DNA from: Chitinophaga pinensis
GTDB taxonomy: Bacteria; Bacteroidota; Bacteroidia; NS11-12g; UBA955
NCBI GenBank assembly: GCA_945865625.1
Contig: CAMBFD010000002.1
Span: 35,857 to 99,856 of the forward strand
Length of the DNA: 64,000 nucleotides
Direction of reading: 5' to 3'
The translations under genes were made by a program, and so were the position numbers. Numbering within the stretch: position 1 is the first letter of the stretch; each line of letters starts with the position of its first letter. Below are positions 21,000-29,592 of this stretch, piece after piece. The notes below the pieces were generated by a model. It saw nothing but the letters and a program-made list of their open reading frames with translations. It was not told the origin of the DNA and searched no databases.

Positions 21000-21728
21000 T
21001 TAGGAAAGACTCGAAAAACGATTGTTTTTTTGTTGGCGTCGGAATTTGCCAATTACACGGATTAAAAGCATGGTATCAAAGATTGCTTTTTTCAAAATTG
21101 CCCAAGATGCACCTTTGCTTTGACCATAGGCTCTTGGAAGATATTTCGATTCAATTTCAATGATTTTACGTCCAATAAAAAACAATTTTGCAGAAATTTC
21201 AGATTCTATCAAGGAACTGCGAATTTGGAGATTGAGATTTTTTAAATCTTCGTTTTTGTAAATTTTCACCCAGTTAACATCCCTCAAATTTAAGCCTAAA
21301 AAAACAGCATTGATTTTTTTGTTAATCAGCGTTAATATATTTCTGAATAGGGAATAGGTGGTGTTTTCAATTCGGTAAAACGATACGTAATAGCCCAATT
21401 TGAATGTAGGCACTAAAAAGAGCTCATCATAATCGAACTGACCATCGCCTGGTGTGTATACCACGTTTTCATTTTTTGCACTGCTGTAAAACGTGTGAAG
21501 CGCTTCGCCAATGCCTTTATTTACAATGTGTTCAATGATTCTTGCTTCCGGAATATTTTCAATGGCTTGCTTAATTGCATCTTGAGAACCGTCGGTGCTG
21601 CCATCATCGATAATCAAAATTTCAAAAGGTTGTGCCAATTTCAACAATACATCATGAGCTTTTTTGATGGTAGTTTCAATATTCTCTACTTCGTTAAAAC
21701 ACAATATTCCAAGTGACCAGCTGCTCAT
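21000..21728 (-). CDS. Family 2 glycosyltransferase
   Basis: 242 aa. GT-A N-terminus reads LGILCFNEVENIETTI...ILIIDDGSTDGS. Confidence 0.75.
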   Translation of the reverse strand: MSSWSLGILCFNEVENIETTIKKAHDVLLKLAQPFEILIIDDGSTDGSQDAIKQAIENIPEARIIEHIVNKGIGEALHTFYSSAKNENVVYTPGDGQFDYDELFLVPTFKLGYYVSFYRIENTTYSLFRNILTLINKKINAVFLGLNLRDVNWVKIYKNEDLKNLNLQIRSSLIESEISAKLFFIGRKIIEIESKYLPRAYGQSKGASWAILKKAIFDTMLLIRVIGKFRRQQKNNRFSSLS

Positions 21729-21860
21729 TTTTTAGGGTTGTGGCTCAAAGGTATTAAAATTTACCAAATCTCTGAAATCAATTCTTTTTTTCTTTCTATT
21801 CAGGAACATTCATTTTTGAATAAAAGTTAATTCATTATATTTGATCACTCGATCAATCAC

Positions 21861-22349
21861 ATGGAAATCCTCAATAAAGAAACCCCTTACCATTGCTTGA
21901 AAAATGTTCAAGTTGGGCCAAATACCAAAATCTTTCAATTTGTAAATGCATATAATTGTGAAATTGGTGACGAAACCAAAGTTGGTGCTTTTGTAGAAAT
22001 ACAAGGTGGTGTTAAAATTGGTAAACGCTGCAAAATTTCGAGCCATTCATTCATCTGTGAAGGTGTTGAAATTGAAGATGGTGTTTTTGTGGGACATTCA
22101 GTGACCTTTATCAATGATCGTTTCCCAAAAGCTGTAACCGAAACTGGGGAACTAAAAACTGCCGACGATTGGATTATGGAAAAAACCCTCATTCAAAAAG
22201 GTGCATCCATTGGATCTGGTTCAACCATCATGAGCAATATTACAATAGGTGAAAATGCCATTGTTGGCGCTGGTTCTGTTGTAACCAAAGATGTTCCTGC
22301 CGGTGCAACTGTAATAGGCAATCCTGCTAGAATTTACATTAAAAAATAA
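21861..22349 (+). CDS. Left-handed beta-helix (hexapeptide-repeat) sugar N/O-acyltransferase
   Basis: 162 aa with repeated [LIV]-G-x4 hexapeptides (IGDETKVGAFVEIQGGVKIGKRCKI...IGENAIVGAGSVVTKDVPAGATVIGNPA). Confidence 0.7.
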   Translation: MEILNKETPYHCLKNVQVGPNTKIFQFVNAYNCEIGDETKVGAFVEIQGGVKIGKRCKISSHSFICEGVEIEDGVFVGHSVTFINDRFPKAVTETGELKTADDWIMEKTLIQKGASIGSGSTIMSNITIGENAIVGAGSVVTKDVPAGATVIGNPARIYIKK

Positions 22350-22355
22350 CTTGGT

Positions 22356-22958
22356 TTATTGAATCGATTGCCAGGCAGTCCATGTCAACATGTATTCGCC
22401 TGTCCATCTGTAATTTACAACCATTCTAAAATTTGGAACCAATAGAAAATTGGCTTCAAACATCCCTTCAGTTTCTAGTTTGAATTCACAGATTTGAATG
22501 TGGTCCCTAAAATCGACATCTTTTTTGCCATATGCTTTGTAAATCGATTCCTTTGCGCTCCATATTGCAAGCAAATATGGCAGTTCTTCCTGGGTAGGAA
22601 TAAATGCTAACTCGTCTTGGCGACAAAACTTATGCTTAATTTTCGATAATTGTGGGCGCAATGTTTCTATATCAACACCAACCCTAAGCGTTGGATGTTC
22701 CCCCCAAAATAGCCTCTTTGAAGTGTGACTATAATTGATTTCTGAGTTTTGAGGGACTAAAAATGGTTTACCGAATTCATCTTTCGATAATATTGAGCTT
22801 GTGTAACAATTTTCTAAAATTTTCTGAACAGATAATAACTCTAATTCTCTTGCGGAGTATTTGATTCCATTTTCAACGTATATTTGAGATTCAATGTGAA
22901 TGTCATACAAATTCAATTTTGTACCACTTTTACAAGTCCATTGATCTACTAATGCCAT
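22356..22958 (-). CDS. 4'-phosphopantetheinyl transferase (Sfp type)
   Basis: 200 aa with motifs VGVDIE and WSAKESIYKAYG. Confidence 0.75.
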   Translation of the reverse strand: MALVDQWTCKSGTKLNLYDIHIESQIYVENGIKYSARELELLSVQKILENCYTSSILSKDEFGKPFLVPQNSEINYSHTSKRLFWGEHPTLRVGVDIETLRPQLSKIKHKFCRQDELAFIPTQEELPYLLAIWSAKESIYKAYGKKDVDFRDHIQICEFKLETEGMFEANFLLVPNFRMVVNYRWTGEYMLTWTAWQSIQ

Positions 22959-23838
22959 GCCTACAAAGTTACAAGTTTCTTTGAATCGAACATATACAGG
23001 ACATAAACAATCTGTTTATTGCATGTGTACAGATGAAAATGGAGGGTTCTTTTCTGCGGGCTCAGATGGTTTTGTAGTTTATTGGGATTCAATTGATCAG
23101 CCCGATGGTTTATTGTTCGCTCAAGTGCCTGAACCCATTTTTTGTATGGCTTATTTATCGGAATTGGAAATGATTCTCGCAGGCACGCAATCTGGTAAAA
23201 TTTACTACTTGAAAAAGGGTGCAGATCCTGTGATGATTCAATTACATACACAAGGCATTTTCAATATTTGCGTCATTTCTATCGATGAAATTTATACAGT
23301 AGGTGGAGATGGGGTCATAAATAAAATTGATTGGTATCGCAGAATTTTAAAGTCTATAAAATTGTCTGACAAGAGTTTAAGAGCTATTTTGCCTAATTCA
23401 GATGGTTTTTTTGTGGCTGGAAGTTCATCGGAAATTTTTCAACTTACGTCTGATTTGGTAGTGAGAACTTCTTGGAAAGCACACGGAAACAGCATTTTCG
23501 CTTTAGCTAGCAACGCCGATTTTTTAATTTCTGCCGGTAGAGATGCCAAAATTAAATGCTGGAATAACCTCAATGATTTACATCAATTAATTGATGCTCA
23601 TTGGTTTACTATTCATTCCCTCGCTTTTAGTTTGACAAATAAATTTTTGATCTCAAGTTCAATGGATAAATCAATTCGAATTTGGGATGCGCAAAGTTTT
23701 AAATTATTGAAAGTCATTGATGCCCCTAAATTTGAAGGCCATAAAAGTTCAGTGAATATGTGTTTGTGGATAAACGATACAGACTTTCTGAGTTGTAGCG
23801 ATGACAATACAATCAAGTGTTGGAAAATAACGCCTTAA
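22957..23838 (+). CDS. WD40-repeat protein
   Basis: 293 aa with repeated GH...WD-type blades (GHKQSVYCM...VVYWD, HGNSIFAL...IKCWN, HWFTIHSL...IRIWD, GHKSSVNMC...IKCWK). Confidence 0.75.
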   Translation: MPTKLQVSLNRTYTGHKQSVYCMCTDENGGFFSAGSDGFVVYWDSIDQPDGLLFAQVPEPIFCMAYLSELEMILAGTQSGKIYYLKKGADPVMIQLHTQGIFNICVISIDEIYTVGGDGVINKIDWYRRILKSIKLSDKSLRAILPNSDGFFVAGSSSEIFQLTSDLVVRTSWKAHGNSIFALASNADFLISAGRDAKIKCWNNLNDLHQLIDAHWFTIHSLAFSLTNKFLISSSMDKSIRIWDAQSFKLLKVIDAPKFEGHKSSVNMCLWINDTDFLSCSDDNTIKCWKITP

Positions 23839-23869
23839 AATAATCAATTTGCATTAATTTTGCCACTCA

Positions 23870-24784
23870 ATGTTTTCGCGAGCCTTTTTTGTTTTTATCT
23901 TATTTTGTTTACCATTTAAGGCATTCTCGAATGTGAATGTTGATCATTTAGACACACTTGTAAATGATTCTGGTCAATTTATACCCCCAAAAGCCAATCA
24001 TCATTGCTACCGATATATTTTCATGCAGTCGGGTATTGGCTTGCCTAAGAAGAATTTATATTATCACAATTTTAACTTTTTCATGAATGATTTTCAGTAT
24101 GGAATTACCGATAATTTCACATTGGCAGCAGGACTTATATTGCCGTTTTATGGATATATCTCACCAAAATATTCTGTAGAAGTAGCTCCAAAACAGCATT
24201 TGATGATTGGAGCTATTGGAATCACAAGTATGTTTTTAACGGAAGCTAAGAAATTGAAATCCAATTTAATTTATGCCGGATATTCTTATGGCGATCAATT
24301 TAATCACTTCTCAGTTTGTATGGGGTATCTGAATGGGAGCTTTATGCCCCAAGGCTCTCTCATGTATAATTTTGGGGGAAGCTTGCGCTTAGCACCAACA
24401 GTATATCTCATTGGTGAATGCTGGATCAATGGAGGTAAACAAATGATGACAAATGTTTCTAAATGGGAACTCGATGCTAGCGGACAAAAAATATTGATTG
24501 ATCCTACCGACCCCCTCAATTCACTTTATAAAACCAAACATGGAAACATAGAATTGAATAGAACCACCATTTTTGCAAATGTGCAATTGCGATTGATTAG
24601 CAATAAAAACGATACGAAAAGTTGGTCATTTGGAATTGCTTATTACTCAAATTGGGGTGGGGAATACCAAGAACAATCGGCAAATGGTGATTTTAGAAAT
24701 TTGTCTAATTTCTTTGCATTGCCTTTGCCCTCAATTAGTTTTACTCAAAAAATTGGAAAAGTAGAACCCCATATTCCTTTCTAA
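23870..24784 (+). CDS. Hypothetical secreted / outer-membrane-like protein
   Basis: 304 aa with an N-terminal signal peptide (FILFCLPFKAFS) and aromatic- and Gly-rich beta-like segments. No family recognised. Confidence 0.45.
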   Translation: MFSRAFFVFILFCLPFKAFSNVNVDHLDTLVNDSGQFIPPKANHHCYRYIFMQSGIGLPKKNLYYHNFNFFMNDFQYGITDNFTLAAGLILPFYGYISPKYSVEVAPKQHLMIGAIGITSMFLTEAKKLKSNLIYAGYSYGDQFNHFSVCMGYLNGSFMPQGSLMYNFGGSLRLAPTVYLIGECWINGGKQMMTNVSKWELDASGQKILIDPTDPLNSLYKTKHGNIELNRTTIFANVQLRLISNKNDTKSWSFGIAYYSNWGGEYQEQSANGDFRNLSNFFALPLPSISFTQKIGKVEPHIPF

Positions 24785-24823
24785 TATATCCGTTTTTAGC
24801 CTTCAAATATCCCTCGAAAAACA

Positions 24824-24831
24824 TATCTTTG
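24824..24831 (+). promoter_or_regulatory. -7 box TATCTTTG upstream of dcd
   Basis: Exact TAnnTTTG match ending 4 nt before ATG 24836. No clean -33. Confidence 0.4.
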
Positions 24832-24835
24832 TTGT

Positions 24836-25372
24836 ATGATTTTATCGGATGCCCGTATTTTAGAAGAAATTGAAAAAGGTACCATTGTGGTAAGTCCCTA
24901 CGATCGCGATTGCCTAGGAAGCAATAGCTATGATGTACATTTAGGTAAGTTTTTAGCCACCTATATAGACGATATGCTCGATGCAAAAAAGCACAATACC
25001 ATTCAACATTTTGAAATTCCTGAAGAGGGTTTCGTACTGCAACCTGATATGTTTTACTTGGGTGTTACCGAAGAATATACCGAAAGCCATGCACATGTTC
25101 CATTTCTTGAAGGAAAGAGCAGCACCGGCCGTTTGGGTATCGATATTCATGCGACCGCCGGAAAAGGTGACGTAGGATTTTGCGGTAATTGGACATTAGA
25201 AATATCGGTAAAGAAACCAGTTAGAATTTATGCCGGTATGCCCATTGGACAATTGATTTACTTTCCGGTGGATGGAGAAATTCTTGTGCCTTATAATTCC
25301 AAGAAAAATGCAAAATACAGCGGCCAACCCAACCGCCCTGTTGAAAGCATGATGTGGAAGAATAGCTTCTAA
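24836..25372 (+). CDS. dcd: dCTP deaminase
   Basis: 178 aa: MILSDARILEEIEKGTIVVSPYD...GKSSTGRLGI... Confidence 0.9.
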   Translation: MILSDARILEEIEKGTIVVSPYDRDCLGSNSYDVHLGKFLATYIDDMLDAKKHNTIQHFEIPEEGFVLQPDMFYLGVTEEYTESHAHVPFLEGKSSTGRLGIDIHATAGKGDVGFCGNWTLEISVKKPVRIYAGMPIGQLIYFPVDGEILVPYNSKKNAKYSGQPNRPVESMMWKNSF

Positions 25373-25374
25373 TT

Positions 25375-25406
25375 AAAAAATCCCCCTGCATTGCTACAGG
25401 AGGATT
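25375..25406 (-). terminator. Rho-independent terminator ending the rpsP...ykgJ operon (hairpin also follows dcd)
   Basis: 10-bp stem with one mismatch (25379-25388 / 25397-25406) and loop cattgcta. On the minus strand it is followed by a T-run (plus-strand A-run 25375-25380). Confidence 0.65.
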
Positions 25407-25501
25407 AAACCAAATTAATAACTTATGAAAAATCTAAGTATTAACTTTGCAAAGGTCGTAAAAGTCTATGTATTTCCAACCATTTCCATGGTTAAATCAG
25501 A

Positions 25502-26020
25502 TTAAAACTCTTTTTTCTTCGGTAAAGTTGCAAGGATAGATTCCTCGAGTTTACTAAGGATATCGAAAACTGCAGGACAAATTTCCGCATTTTTTGCACC
25601 CAAGTGTAGTTGGGTATGCATTTTACGCTGGTTGGTGTGTGGAAACTCTCTGCATGCCTTAGGTCTGTCGTCGTAAACGTTGCAATAATTATCTGAGCCT
25701 AGAAAAGGACACGGAACTGTTTTTAAAGCATAGATTCCATCGGTATCTAGAAATAAGTACTTTTCAATAAATTGACCAGGTTTCATTTTTAACACTTTGC
25801 ACAGTCGTTCAATGTCTTTTTCGAAGAACGCAGGACTTGTTGTTTTACAACAATTTCCGCATTCTAGGCAGTCAATTTTACGAAACGTTTCGTCGTGGTA
25901 TTTTTGAAAAACATCATCGAGGTTTTTAGGCGGTTTCGCTTTTAATTTTAAAAGCATCGCCTTCAAAGGCTTTCCCCATTGCTTTACTTTCAATGGTAAT
26001 TCTGCTGGGGTAAAAATCAT
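25502..26020 (-). CDS. YkgJ-family cysteine-cluster (zinc/iron-chelating) protein
   Basis: 172 aa with the cluster CLECGNCC...plus later Cys residues (VPCPFLGSDNYCNVY). Confidence 0.65.
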   Translation of the reverse strand: MIFTPAELPLKVKQWGKPLKAMLLKLKAKPPKNLDDVFQKYHDETFRKIDCLECGNCCKTTSPAFFEKDIERLCKVLKMKPGQFIEKYLFLDTDGIYALKTVPCPFLGSDNYCNVYDDRPKACREFPHTNQRKMHTQLHLGAKNAEICPAVFDILSKLEESILATLPKKKEF

Positions 26021-26730
26021 GAGTATTTGTCGTATTTATTGAGTAATTTTAAGAACACTGCAAAGTCTTTAGGGTATTCGGTTTCAACGAAAACGCGACT
26101 GCCGTCGATGTCGTTAAATTCCAAACTTTTTGCATGCAAAGCAAAACGCTGGATTAGGTCGGTATCTTCACCAGAAATCTTTCGTTTAATGGTACTCAGC
26201 TTAGGGATAATGCTTTTATAGAGTACGTCTCCCGCAATTTTGGCATTTTGAGATGCCAAATGAACCCTAATTTGGTGTAATCGTCCGGTTTTTGGTTCGC
26301 ACTCCAAAAGGGTAAAGTGCTTAAATAATTCTAAAGTATGAAATTTTGTTTGGGCTGGCTTTCCATTGATTTTATCGATTTTAATTTTACCAATTTGTTC
26401 TGTATTGATCGGTAAATCAACCCATAAATCTTCAAATACAACCCTGCCATCGGCAATGGCATGGTATTTCTTTTGAACTGTTCTATGTTCAAATTGTAAG
26501 GTCAAATGTTTAAAGGCGTCTAAGTTTTTTGCAATAAGCAATGCCCCAGATGTTTCTCTATCGATGCGGTGACATAAAATTGCATCAGGCCAAAATCTGC
26601 GGCTCCAATCCATCACCGATTCAGCTGTAAATTTACCCCTCTCAGGAAGTGATGGCACAAAGGGAGGTTTGTTGATTACCAGCCAATTGTCGGTTTCTTT
26701 AACAATGGTAATTGGGTTTTTATGACTCAT
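26017..26730 (-). CDS. RluA-family pseudouridine synthase
   Basis: 237 aa with the catalytic motif HRIDRETSGALLIAK and HQIRVHLA. Confidence 0.85.
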   Translation of the reverse strand: MSHKNPITIVKETDNWLVINKPPFVPSLPERGKFTAESVMDWSRRFWPDAILCHRIDRETSGALLIAKNLDAFKHLTLQFEHRTVQKKYHAIADGRVVFEDLWVDLPINTEQIGKIKIDKINGKPAQTKFHTLELFKHFTLLECEPKTGRLHQIRVHLASQNAKIAGDVLYKSIIPKLSTIKRKISGEDTDLIQRFALHAKSLEFNDIDGSRVFVETEYPKDFAVFLKLLNKYDKYS

Positions 26731-27494
26731 TCGTTTCTTAAACTTAAACGGATTCTGGTTAAAACATTCTTGGTTTGCTGAGGGAAGTCACCATCCATCA
26801 TCCAATTGTAATAACTTGGTTCATTCTTCAAAATTATTTTGACTGATTTTCCACGATGCTTTCCAAAGTTAAAAACAATTTCACCAGCACCATCTATGAT
26901 TAATCGACCCGCGAGATCTGCCAAATTACTTTGACCACTCATTTTATGAAGCTCCTCGATATCGTGAGGGATATCTTCGTATTTTTCCATTTGCGCTTTC
27001 AATACAAGCCAAGTGGCAACAGTATCAGCTTCTGCAGAATGGGCGTTTTCAAGGTCTTGGTTACAATAGAATTTTAAAGCAGCTTTAAGATTTCTAGGTT
27101 CCTTGAAATGATAAATTCTTTGTGCATCAATGAATTTGCGTTTATCGACGTCAAATTCAATTCCCGCTCTAAAAAATTCTTCAACCAACAAAGGGAAGTC
27201 AAATTTATTTGAATTAAAACCACCAAAATCGCAATCTTTTAAAAAGACATTTATTTCATGGGCAATTTGTTTAAAGCTAGGTTTATCGGCAATATCGGCA
27301 TCGTAAATTCCGTGCACATCGCTGGCACCTTTCGGAATTGGAATTCCTGGATTTACCCGATATGTGCGAATTTCTTCTTGCTCATCAGGATTCACCTTTA
27401 GCATGCATATTTCAACGATTCTGTCTGCTGTAACACTAATTCCTGTTGTCTCTAGGTCGAAAACAACCAAAGGGCGCTTTAATTGGAGTTTCAT
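26727..27494 (-). CDS. 3'-5' exonuclease (DnaQ/epsilon-like)
   Basis: 255 aa with ExoI VVFDLETTG and ExoIII HSAEADTVAT. Confidence 0.8.
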   Translation of the reverse strand: MKLQLKRPLVVFDLETTGISVTADRIVEICMLKVNPDEQEEIRTYRVNPGIPIPKGASDVHGIYDADIADKPSFKQIAHEINVFLKDCDFGGFNSNKFDFPLLVEEFFRAGIEFDVDKRKFIDAQRIYHFKEPRNLKAALKFYCNQDLENAHSAEADTVATWLVLKAQMEKYEDIPHDIEELHKMSGQSNLADLAGRLIIDGAGEIVFNFGKHRGKSVKIILKNEPSYYNWMMDGDFPQQTKNVLTRIRLSLRNE

Positions 27495-28174
27495 TCTTGG
27501 TTTTTTAATAAGTCGGGGCGCAACGTTTCTGTGCGAATCACAGATTGTTCAAAACGCCATTCATCGATAAGTTTATGGTTGCCGCTGGTAAGCACCAATG
27601 GCACCGTTAAATTTTTAAAGGTTTCTGGTCTGGTATAAAGAGGTGGCGCGAGCAGATTGTCTTGAAATGAATCGCTCAAAGCAGATTCTTCATTTCCAAT
27701 CACTCCAGGTATCAATCGTAAAATAGCATCGGCAATTGCACAAGCGGCAATTTCCCCGCCGCTGAGCACAAAGTCGCCCAATGAAATTTCTTTGGTTACA
27801 TACAAATCTCGAATGCGTTGGTCAATGCCTTTGTAATGTCCACAAATGATCAAAAGATTATCGACGAGCGACAATTGATTAGCCATCGATTGGTTGAAGG
27901 TTTCACCATCGGGGGTGAGGTATATAATTTCGTTATAAGTTGTGTTCTTTTTGAGGGATTCGATGCAGTTTGCAAGGGGTTCGGGCATGAGCACCATTCC
28001 GGCTCCACCTCCAAAAGGGGTATCATCAATTTGTTTGTATTTTCCCACACCATAGTCGTGAAGATTATGGAAATTTATTTCCGCTAAACCTTTAGAAACT
28101 GCTCTTTTCGGAATGCTATTGGTGAGAGGGCTGATGAGTAGATCGGGTACTGCTGAAATGATATCAATCTTCAT
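27491..28174 (-). CDS. trmD: tRNA (guanine37-N1)-methyltransferase
   Basis: 227 aa: DDTPFGGGAGMVLMPEP...ICGHYKGIDQR...SLGDFVLSGGE. Confidence 0.95.
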   Translation of the reverse strand: MKIDIISAVPDLLISPLTNSIPKRAVSKGLAEINFHNLHDYGVGKYKQIDDTPFGGGAGMVLMPEPLANCIESLKKNTTYNEIIYLTPDGETFNQSMANQLSLVDNLLIICGHYKGIDQRIRDLYVTKEISLGDFVLSGGEIAACAIADAILRLIPGVIGNEESALSDSFQDNLLAPPLYTRPETFKNLTVPLVLTSGNHKLIDEWRFEQSVIRTETLRPDLLKNQE

Positions 28175-28679
28175 ATTCTTCTGGATTTGTGAGTCCTTCA
28201 GGAAGTGTCATTTGCAAAGTTCGTGATTCTTCATCTAAGTTGGTAATCCAATCTTCAATTAAAGGGATTAATATTTCGCGATTTTCGCCAAAAACCACAA
28301 GCATATCATGGCCTGGGTATTGTTCAATTCCTTTGATTTCGCCAATGTTATGGTTAAATTGATCGAACAGTCTAAATCCTTCTAGTCCTTTTGGCGATAC
28401 TGTTTGGTGTGATTCATCGAAGATGATGCCAATTTCTTTGCCTACAAGATCAATGGCTTGCTGTTCTGTATCTACAAATTGAAGCTTTACAATTTGTTTG
28501 GTAGAATTTAAGGATTCAATCAAAAAGGGGACTCCTTTTTGGTCAATAATGACAAAAAGGTAATCCCCTTCGGTAATGTCCTCAAAAAAATCGGACTTAA
28601 TATTTATATTTAAGTTGCCCTTAAAACCGTGTTTGGAAACGATTTTCCCAACGGCGGTAGTAATTGGGGGCAACATCAT
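28164..28679 (-). CDS. rimM: Ribosome maturation factor RimM
   Basis: 171 aa. VGKIVSKHGFKGNLNI is the RimM N-terminal barrel. Sits between rpsP and trmD. Confidence 0.85.
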   Translation of the reverse strand: MMLPPITTAVGKIVSKHGFKGNLNINIKSDFFEDITEGDYLFVIIDQKGVPFLIESLNSTKQIVKLQFVDTEQQAIDLVGKEIGIIFDESHQTVSPKGLEGFRLFDQFNHNIGEIKGIEQYPGHDMLVVFGENREILIPLIEDWITNLDEESRTLQMTLPEGLTNPEEYED

Positions 28680-28687
28680 ACCGTGAA

Positions 28688-29437
28688 TTATTCAGCGGCA
28701 GTTTCTTCGCTTGCAGACTCTTCAGCAGGAGTTTCAGTTGTTTCAACTGCAACTTCTTCAGCTACTGCTTCAACAACAACTTCTTCAGCTACTTCTTCAA
28801 CTGCAACTTCTTCAGATGCTGCTTCAACAACAACTTCTTCAGTTACTGCTTCAACTGCAACTTCTTCAGATGCTGCTTCAACAACAACTTCTTCAGCTAC
28901 TGCTTCAACTGCAACAACTTCAGCTACTGCTTCAACTGCAACCTCTTCGGCTACTGCTTCAACTACAACTTCTTCAACAACAGTATTTTTCGCTTCGATT
29001 TTCGCCGCGATATTGTCTTTCCGTTGAGTTTCTGCTTTCATTGCAGCTGCTTTCTTTTGAGTCGCTGCATCAGCTAGGCCATTTTTCTTAGCCGAAACTT
29101 TTGCATCTTTCTCATCCATCCAAGCGGCAAATTTTTTGTCTGCTTCTTCTTGGCTGATTGCACCTTTGTTTACACCAACTTGTAAATGTTTTTTGTAAGC
29201 GGCACCTTTGTACGAAAGAATCGCACGAGCGGTGTCAGTTGGTTCAGCTCCATTCAATAACCACTGTGTGGCTTTGTTAACGTCTAGTTCGATGGTTGCA
29301 GGATTGGTGATAGGGTTGTAAGTACCGATTTTCTCGATAAAACGGCCATCCCTCGGAGCACGCGAATCCGCCACCACAATGTGATAGAAAGCACGTTTTT
29401 TCCTACCGTGTCTTTGCAATCTAATCTTTGTTGCCAT
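28688..29437 (-). CDS. rpsP: 30S ribosomal protein S16 with a long C-terminal extension
   Basis: The first ~80 aa ([42 protein letters not shown]...) form the S16 core. The remaining ~170 aa are a Lys/Ala-rich linker followed by an acidic tandem repeat. Confidence 0.95.
   Translation of the reverse strand: MATKIRLQRHGRKKRAFYHIVVADSRAPRDGRFIEKIGTYNPITNPATIELDVNKATQWLLNGAEPTDTARAILSYKGAAYKKHLQVGVNKGAISQEEADKKFAAWMDEKDAKVSAKKNGLADAATQKKAAAMKAETQRKDNIAAKIEAKNTVVEEVVVEAVAEEVAVEAVAEVVAVEAVAEEVVVEAASEEVAVEAVTEEVVVEAASEEVAVEEVAEEVVVEAVAEEVAVETTETPAEESASEETAAE
28733..28975 (-). repeat. Coding tandem repeat: nine copies of a 27-nt / 9-aa unit (EEV[AV]VEA[AV]x) in the S16 tail
   Basis: Read from the translation: [82 protein letters not shown] 54-nt super-period is visible in the DNA. 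Confidence 0.9.
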
Positions 29438-29592
29438 TAGTTTTTTGTTTTAAATTAGTTTTGAAAAATTCCTACTTCTCCAAAATAGGACTGCAAAGAT
29501 AATGAAATACTTTGAATTATGAAAATGTTCCCGGAATATTCTTTATTCGCTTATCTGTTGTGTTATTTCCCAAACGGCAGAAACAAATAAAC

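Noticed and set aside
28629-29091. Three long plus-strand ORFs (132, 137 and 126 aa; Ser/Thr/Ala-rich, Phe/Asn/Cys-rich and Leu/Gln-rich) opposite the rpsP tail
   Set aside because: They are by-products of the 27-nt coding repeat, which keeps all antisense frames open. They have low-complexity composition and lie entirely inside a highly conserved ribosomal protein gene.
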